In this document: in pieces, positions 59,114-64,000 of the stretch | Position numbering within the stretch: the stretch's first letter is position 1 | Layout: the number at the start of each line of letters is the position of its first letter | Made by a program: the position numbers and the translations under genes | Notes under the pieces: generated by a model | What the model was told of the DNA's origin: nothing | The model's database searches: none | Seen by the model: the letters and a program-made list of their open reading frames with translations, nothing else | From: Nitrososphaerota archaeon | Lineage (GTDB): Archaea; Thermoproteota; Nitrososphaeria; PSMU01 | Reading direction: 5' to 3' | DNA length: 64,000 bases | Assembly: GCA_040290255.1 (NCBI GenBank) | Contig: PSMU01000001.1 | Coordinates: forward strand, 30,958-94,957

Positions 59114-61165
59114 GTGAGGCTCATGCCGCTTGAGAAGGTAGCCAGAGTGGCCATCGTGATCCCGCGTTCGGCCATCCTCGATGTTAGCCGCGCACTTGCA
59201 TCGCTGGGGCTCGTGCATTTAGCGCAGGATGAAGGGTTCACCAGCGATAGGAGGGTGGCGGAGCTTCTTGCAGGCCTTAGAGGGCTATTGGTATCGCTAG
59301 ATACCGTGGCCAGGGACCTGTCGCTCAAAGAGGAGAGGCCCATAGTGCATCAGATACTAAGGGGGAGAATAAATGAAGTCAGGAGCTTTGACGTAGCCGC
59401 CTGGGAGGCTTTCTTTGAGAGCGTGAGGGAAGAGGCCCGGCCCATAATTGAAGCCCTTAGCGAACTTTTTAGAAGGGAGAGGGAGCTTAGCGCCACAATA
59501 GAGAGCAAGAGGAGCCTGCTCGCCTCTCTCGCCGTTCTAAGGGAGCTGGATTATGACCTCTCTCGACTCAAGAGAAGCAGGTACCTTAGGCCCCTCATTG
59601 TCTCCGTGCCGAAAGGTGCAAAGGAGGAACTCCTGCGCTCCTTAAGCAAGGCAGCCCACTATACGGTCTATGAAGATGAAAGGGTAGCTGTCCTCCTGTT
59701 GATCGTGCTGCCGAGTCAAGAAAAGGAGCTGGACAGGATAATGAAGGTTTTGGGGGCAACTCCCCTGCCTCTTGAGGATCTGCCCGAGGTAAACCCCTCT
59801 AAGTTGACGCAGAGACTACGGCTTGAGTTATCGGAGCTGGAGCGGGAATTGCAAGCGGTAAGACGAAGCATAGGCGAGATGGCTAGGGAGAAAGGGGAAC
59901 AGATCCTAACGCTGAGAGAGGCCTGCAGCTTAGCCCTGGGTTACTTGGAAAAGGTGGCAAGGGTTGGCACTCTAAAATACTTCGGCGTCCTTAAGGCCTA
60001 TGTGCCTTTAAGGATGCTCGATGAGCTTAAGCGCAAGCTAACTAAGGGCGTGATTATAGTGGAGGATGATCGTCCTAAAGAGGCGCCCACTTTGATGAGT
60101 AACCCGCGTTGGGCCAAGGCCTTTGAGTTGGTCACCTTAGCGCAGGGCCCGCCTGCACATACGGAAATTGACCCAACGCCGATCATCGCCTTCATCTTCC
60201 CTATCTTCTACGGGCTTATGTTCGCCGATGCGGGACAGGGACTTATACTGGCGCTCGCTGGCCTGCTAGTCGCTCAAAGGCTGGAGCCGCGGTATAGGAG
60301 GTGGGGGATATTGCTGTTAACATGTGGCATCTCGGCCACTGTAGGTGGTTTACTGACCGGTGAGGCCTTCGGCCTAAAGCTCGCGGAATTGAACTTCGGC
60401 CCGATCACTGAATTCTTGGCCGCGATCAGCGTGCTTAGGCTTGAAACCACCGAGGACATCATCAGAATTCTAGCGCTCTCGGTTTGGATGGGGGCCCTGC
60501 ATCTGGCCTTAGCCTTCCTTTTGGACGTCCAAAGGAGCCTTAAAGAAAGTAAGAGGGTGAAGGCGCTGACCCTGAGCTTGCCCACCTTCCTTCTCTACGC
60601 AGTAGTAGGTACCCTTTTCGCTACGGGCTTGGTTGCTTCAAACTATAGCTTTGGGCTCTTATTGACTAATGATGCGTCGCATCCTCTACTGCCGCTTCTC
60701 TCTATCGGTCAGGTGACGAGGACGATTGTGCTGCCGCTGGGCATCGTCCTCTCCCTATTGATAGCTCTGAGCCATCTTCTCTCCATCAAGGCCGGCGAGG
60801 AGGCGGGCAGGCTGACGGATGCCTTAATTCTGGGGCCCATAGAGTGGTTTCTGCGCATCACCGAGTTCCTAGCGAATAGCATAAGCTATGTTCGAATAGG
60901 GATCATGCTGCTTGCCCACGCGGTGGTAATGGGCATCGTTGCAACTCTTTACGGCTACCCCGCTTTCCTGCCCCTCGCAGTACTGGGCAATATAGGCGTC
61001 ATGTTGCTAGAGGGGCTCATCGTCTATGTGCAAGCCCTCAGGCTTCATGTTTATGAATGGTTTACCAAGTTTTATGAAGGTAAGGGGACGATCTTCCAGG
61101 GGCTCTCCCTGACGGGCAGAAGGGCTAAAATCATATTCGTAGCGCTAGCGGGGGCTGGGAAGTGA
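59114..61165 (+). CDS. atpI: A-type ATP synthase subunit I (a)
   Basis: About 330-aa cytoplasmic coiled-coil N-domain plus a multi-TM C-domain with the conserved Arg region (NSISYVRIGIMLLAHAV) and LRLHVYEWFTKFYEG. Confidence 0.9.
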   Translation: MRLMPLEKVARVAIVIPRSAILDVSRALASLGLVHLAQDEGFTSDRRVAELLAGLRGLLVSLDTVARDLSLKEERPIVHQILRGRINEVRSFDVAAWEAFFESVREEARPIIEALSELFRRERELSATIESKRSLLASLAVLRELDYDLSRLKRSRYLRPLIVSVPKGAKEELLRSLSKAAHYTVYEDERVAVLLLIVLPSQEKELDRIMKVLGATPLPLEDLPEVNPSKLTQRLRLELSELERELQAVRRSIGEMAREKGEQILTLREACSLALGYLEKVARVGTLKYFGVLKAYVPLRMLDELKRKLTKGVIIVEDDRPKEAPTLMSNPRWAKAFELVTLAQGPPAHTEIDPTPIIAFIFPIFYGLMFADAGQGLILALAGLLVAQRLEPRYRRWGILLLTCGISATVGGLLTGEAFGLKLAELNFGPITEFLAAISVLRLETTEDIIRILALSVWMGALHLALAFLLDVQRSLKESKRVKALTLSLPTFLLYAVVGTLFATGLVASNYSFGLLLTNDASHPLLPLLSIGQVTRTIVLPLGIVLSLLIALSHLLSIKAGEEAGRLTDALILGPIEWFLRITEFLANSISYVRIGIMLLAHAVVMGIVATLYGYPAFLPLAVLGNIGVMLLEGLIVYVQALRLHVYEWFTKFYEGKGTIFQGLSLTGRRAKIIFVALAGAGK

Positions 61166-61482
61166 GCGAAGCTCTAAAGAGCGTTCTCGAAGCGCTGGAG
61201 AACTTCGAGAAGGAGGCGGATCGAATAGTTGAGAGCATCGACGAGGAGAAAAGAATGCTTAGGGCGTTGCTCGACCAAACCTTAGCTGAGCTCAGGGTCG
61301 AGGAGGAGAGGTTGATACAGGCCGTCAGGGAGCGCGCCCTGATGGGTGCGAAGCAAGAGGCCGAGAGGGTCAAGGCCGAGAGAATGAGGCAGTTTAATGA
61401 CCAATTACGGGCCATGGAAGAGAAGTTAAGGGCGCACAAAGAAAATGTGATCAGGATGATAGAGGGCATCGTGCTTCCATGA
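61162..61482 (+). CDS. atpH: A-type ATP synthase subunit H (peripheral stalk, G-like)
   Basis: 106-aa all-coiled-coil protein (EKEADRIVESIDEEKR...). Overlaps atpI and atpC by 4 nt each. Confidence 0.65.
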   Translation: MSEALKSVLEALENFEKEADRIVESIDEEKRMLRALLDQTLAELRVEEERLIQAVRERALMGAKQEAERVKAERMRQFNDQLRAMEEKLRAHKENVIRMIEGIVLP

Positions 61483-62558
61483 GGTTGAGGGTAAAGGAGG
61501 AGGCCTCTAGCCTCTACGCCACGATAAGGAGTTATGCTTTACGGGGCAAACTTCTGTCCTATAAGAATCTCGCAGAGCTGGCCGAGGCTCTAAGCTTAGA
61601 TGACCTTGTCAATAAATTAAAGCTTCTACCATACAAGGACGCACTTGCGTCCCTCGAGGCGCCCTATAGCGCTCGCGATATAGAAAAGGCACTTATTACG
61701 GATCTCGCCAAACTGCACCTATCGTTGGCTAAGGCGTCTGGCAGTAAGCTTCTCTTTGCCTACTATCGAAAGTATAGGGCGCTCAATATCAAGGGTATAG
61801 TCAGGGCAGTTTTGATGAATAAGGGCTTCGAGGAAATCAAGGAGTTAGTCAACTTGGATATTGAGGCGCTGGTGGGAACTAGGGACAGAATCTTGAAGCT
61901 CATGCAAGCCCGAAGCTTGGATGAGTGCGTAGAGGCATCAAGTGGCGATGAGTTCTTTCCCGAGATAAGGTTACTGCAGCAACTTAACAGAGCCGGACAG
62001 GCACTAGACCCACAGCTCTTGGACGTTATCATAGAGCGGGCCGTGATGCGCGATATCGCTGTAAATCTTTTCGAAGATGAAGGAAGGAAGTATCTGAATC
62101 TGGCCGGATTCGAACTCGATTCATATAATCTCATGGCTCTTTTACGCGGGAAATCCTCCAATCTGCCGCAGGGAAGATTAAGGGAGCTGGTCGTCAGACC
62201 GGGCTATAGGCTTGACGCCGCGACCATTAATAGAATCATCGCCGCGCCCGATTTGGAAGACGCCATACGCGCGGTCCGGGGCTCCGTCTTCGCGGGTCTG
62301 ATAGCGCGACTTCCGCAGGGTCAGAACCCCATCGAGGCGATTGAAGCCGTCCTCAGGGAGGAGCTGCTTAAAAGAGCGCGTGGCACCTTCGCGTGGAGAG
62401 CGCTGGGCGAAGAATGCATCTTGGCGATCATTCTGCTAAAGCAAGAAGAAGTGAGGCTGCTCAGTGGCCTGGTATGGGCGGTCCAAGAAAGGGTGCCCGC
62501 CAAGACCATCGCGGATACCTTGCTAAGCCACATAAAGCGCGTCGAAGAGGCGCGATAG
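61479..62558 (+). CDS. atpC: A-type ATP synthase subunit C (V0 d-like)
   Basis: 359 aa, all-helical, with internal repeats (YATIRSYALRGKLL...; NIKGIVRAVL...; YNLMALLRGK) typical of subunit C/d. Confidence 0.8.
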   Translation: MRLRVKEEASSLYATIRSYALRGKLLSYKNLAELAEALSLDDLVNKLKLLPYKDALASLEAPYSARDIEKALITDLAKLHLSLAKASGSKLLFAYYRKYRALNIKGIVRAVLMNKGFEEIKELVNLDIEALVGTRDRILKLMQARSLDECVEASSGDEFFPEIRLLQQLNRAGQALDPQLLDVIIERAVMRDIAVNLFEDEGRKYLNLAGFELDSYNLMALLRGKSSNLPQGRLRELVVRPGYRLDAATINRIIAAPDLEDAIRAVRGSVFAGLIARLPQGQNPIEAIEAVLREELLKRARGTFAWRALGEECILAIILLKQEEVRLLSGLVWAVQERVPAKTIADTLLSHIKRVEEAR

Positions 62559-62566
62559 GCTGTTGC

Positions 62567-63271
62567 TCACCTATGGGTTATAAGCGTCCCCTGGCTCACG
62601 CCCTTCAGCACATTTGTTATGATGGAGGGGTCACACTTTGTTATTCGTGTGGGTATCTTGGATCTCGATATTATCTTAAGGGCAACGAGGTCCAAGAGCT
62701 CATACGTGCCCGCTTTGCTTCCAGCTCTCATCAGAAGCTTGTATAGCTGAGGTACCGTAACTGTCTCAAGAAGCTTAGCCTTCCTATCTATCTTAGGATC
62801 CCGGCTGAACACCCCTTCTACATCGGTCGCGATTAGGAGAAGATCGCTTCTAATTCTTTCCGCGGCCAGCGCCGCGACGGCTGAAGTGCTGTGTCCAGGG
62901 TGCAGCCCTCCCAAGACCACTATGGGGTAATGCCTTAATTTATCCACCATCTCATCTAGGCCCGAGGGTACTGCGGGACAGGCTAGGGGTGCCAAGGCCC
63001 CAGCGAACAGAGCCGCGTGCAGCCTCGCGACACCGATGCCTATGCTGTCAAGCGACGTCTCATCCAGCCCGAGAGTTCTTCCAACCTTTATCAGGGAGCG
63101 GGCGAGCTCCCCACCTCCCGCAACGACGACCAGCCTTTCGAAGAGCCCTCTATCCTGCGCCTCACGAAGTGTGATGCTAAAGCGCCTTAAGTTCGCCTCC
63201 AAGCGCTGGGGATCAAAAAGGTGACCGGTCAGCTTTAGCACTACGTTTTTATAAACGGGCATGCCATGCAT
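62567..63271 (-). CDS. pyrH: Uridylate (UMP) kinase, archaeal type
   Basis: VVLKLTGHLF, VVVAGGGELAR, VLGGLHPGHSTSAVAALAAE, IATDVEGVFSRDP. The start may be Met4 (63262), 27 bp from the TATA-like box gaatataagg. Confidence 0.88.
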   Translation of the reverse strand: MHGMPVYKNVVLKLTGHLFDPQRLEANLRRFSITLREAQDRGLFERLVVVAGGGELARSLIKVGRTLGLDETSLDSIGIGVARLHAALFAGALAPLACPAVPSGLDEMVDKLRHYPIVVLGGLHPGHSTSAVAALAAERIRSDLLLIATDVEGVFSRDPKIDRKAKLLETVTVPQLYKLLMRAGSKAGTYELLDLVALKIISRSKIPTRITKCDPSIITNVLKGVSQGTLITHR

Positions 63272-63306
63272 GCTGTCGGCATCTGAATATAAGGGTTGAG
63301 AGTAGG

Positions 63307-64000
63307 ATGGAAGGAAAGGTAGATCTGAAGTCTCTACAGAGCCTGAAGATAAAGCGCGCCTTAAACGAGCTGGCCCAAATAAGAGGTAGGGGGACCGAGC
63401 TGATTTCGCTTTACATACCTCCTAAAAAGGCCCTCAGCGACGTGATGAATGAGTTAAGAAATGAGTGGGGAACAGCCTCCAATATTAAATCTGATGTTAC
63501 AAGGAGTCACGTACAGGACGCACTAACGAAAATAATGCAGCGCTTAAAGCTTTACAATAGACCCCCTCCCAATGGCCTTATCATCTTCGCAGGAGCTTTG
63601 CCTAGAAATGGGCCAGGAACTGAGGCCGTCAAGATCTTCGAAATAGTGCCCCCAAAGCCCGTCCAAGTATACCTGTACAGGTGCGACGATCACTTCCATT
63701 TGGAACCCCTCAGAGACATGCTTAAGCATGAGAAGGTCTACGGCCTGATCTCGATCGATGCCACGGAAGCGGGCCTGGCGGTAATATCGGGCGAGAGAGT
63801 CCAAGTCCTGGATGTCATCACATCCGGAGTTGGCGGTAAGACACGCAAGGGGGGACAGTCGGCCAGAAGGTATGAGAGGGAAAGAGAGATGTATCTCACC
63901 TACTATTTTCAGAGGGTGGCCGAGTATGCCAATAAGTACTTCCTGCAGGACTATAACGTCGAGGGCCTTATAGTGGCTGGCCCGGGCTTTACCAAAGACG
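63307..64000 (+). CDS. prf1: Peptide chain release factor aRF1 (5' part; runs off the window)
   Basis: Own translation: MEGKVDLKSLQSLKIKRALNELAQIRGRGTELISLYIPP...TASNIKS (NIKS motif)...GVGGKTRKGGQSARRYER (GGQ motif). Confidence 0.93.
   Translation, partial: MEGKVDLKSLQSLKIKRALNELAQIRGRGTELISLYIPPKKALSDVMNELRNEWGTASNIKSDVTRSHVQDALTKIMQRLKLYNRPPPNGLIIFAGALPRNGPGTEAVKIFEIVPPKPVQVYLYRCDDHFHLEPLRDMLKHEKVYGLISIDATEAGLAVISGERVQVLDVITSGVGGKTRKGGQSARRYEREREMYLTYYFQRVAEYANKYFLQDYNVEGLIVAGPGFTKD

Noticed and set aside
1-64000. CRISPR arrays, transposases or integrases, IS elements, prophage or defence islands, and inteins in mcm, atpA or rfc.
   Set aside because: - I noticed no regularly spaced direct repeats.
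- No ORF has transposase, integrase, Cas or restriction-type motifs.
- MCM (680 aa), AtpA (594 aa) and RFC subunits have normal intein-free lengths.
36000-64000. An apparent drop in GC content in the second half of the window, as a sign of horizontal transfer.
   Set aside because: This was judged by eye only. Local composition varies gene by gene; for example uS19 in the first half is also AT-richer. The second half consists of core housekeeping genes, so I cannot support an island call without computing GC and codon statistics.

Overview
The window is a GC-rich archaeal chromosomal segment in the style of TACK/Thermoproteota thermophiles. It is almost fully coding and is dominated by information-processing genes.

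Gene content, in order along the window:
- **1-10.2 kb:** secY and a rearranged spc/S10 ribosomal-protein cluster.
- **10.2-15.5 kb:** short XPF and the exosome/proteasome superoperon (pfdB, Pcc1-like, eL43, rrp42, rrp41, rrp4, SBDS, psmA).
- **15.5-22 kb:** a JAMM/MPN protease, then a lipoate module (lipA, E2, E3, lipB) with no E1 genes.
- **22-34 kb:** a replication island (orc1/cdc6, RFC large and small subunits, GINS23, MCM, Hel308), interspersed with DGGGP synthase, an EndA-like tRNA-splicing endonuclease and hisS.
- **34-50 kb:** purB, isolated uS11 and uL11 genes, a PAC2 chaperone, QueC, RtcB ligase, a short heme A synthase, PduO-type adenosyltransferase, a SPOUT methyltransferase, thiL, PGM/PMM, and a MetE-like/MetF-like pair.
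- **49-53.8 kb:** an HTH-ThiN regulator, an HTH + ATP-cone + NrdD-like protein, and divergent pyrB/pyrI.
- **53.8-64 kb:** a split A-type ATP synthase cluster (F-E-A-B-D-x-K on the minus strand, I-H-C on the plus strand), pyrH, and the 5' part of aRF1.

Four tRNA genes are present (Gly-CCC, Arg-GCG, Leu-GAG, Trp-CCA), and all four carry introns. Most start codons lie about 25-30 bp downstream of an AT-rich TATA-like box, which suggests leaderless transcription. I saw no CRISPR array, transposase, integrase or recognisable defence system.

The most unusual items are:
- the wHTH + ATP-cone + glycyl-radical-less NrdD-like protein;
- a QueC with a textbook C2H2 zinc finger;
- a core-MetE fused to a DUF4346-like tail and coupled to a MetF-like gene;
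- the intron-rich tRNAs together with an EndA paralogue lacking the catalytic His;
- a candidate C/D-box sRNA with variant boxes;
- a fragmented r-protein cluster, including a uL29 gene with no canonical start codon.

All homology calls come from reading the translations and from remembered motifs. No database search was run.
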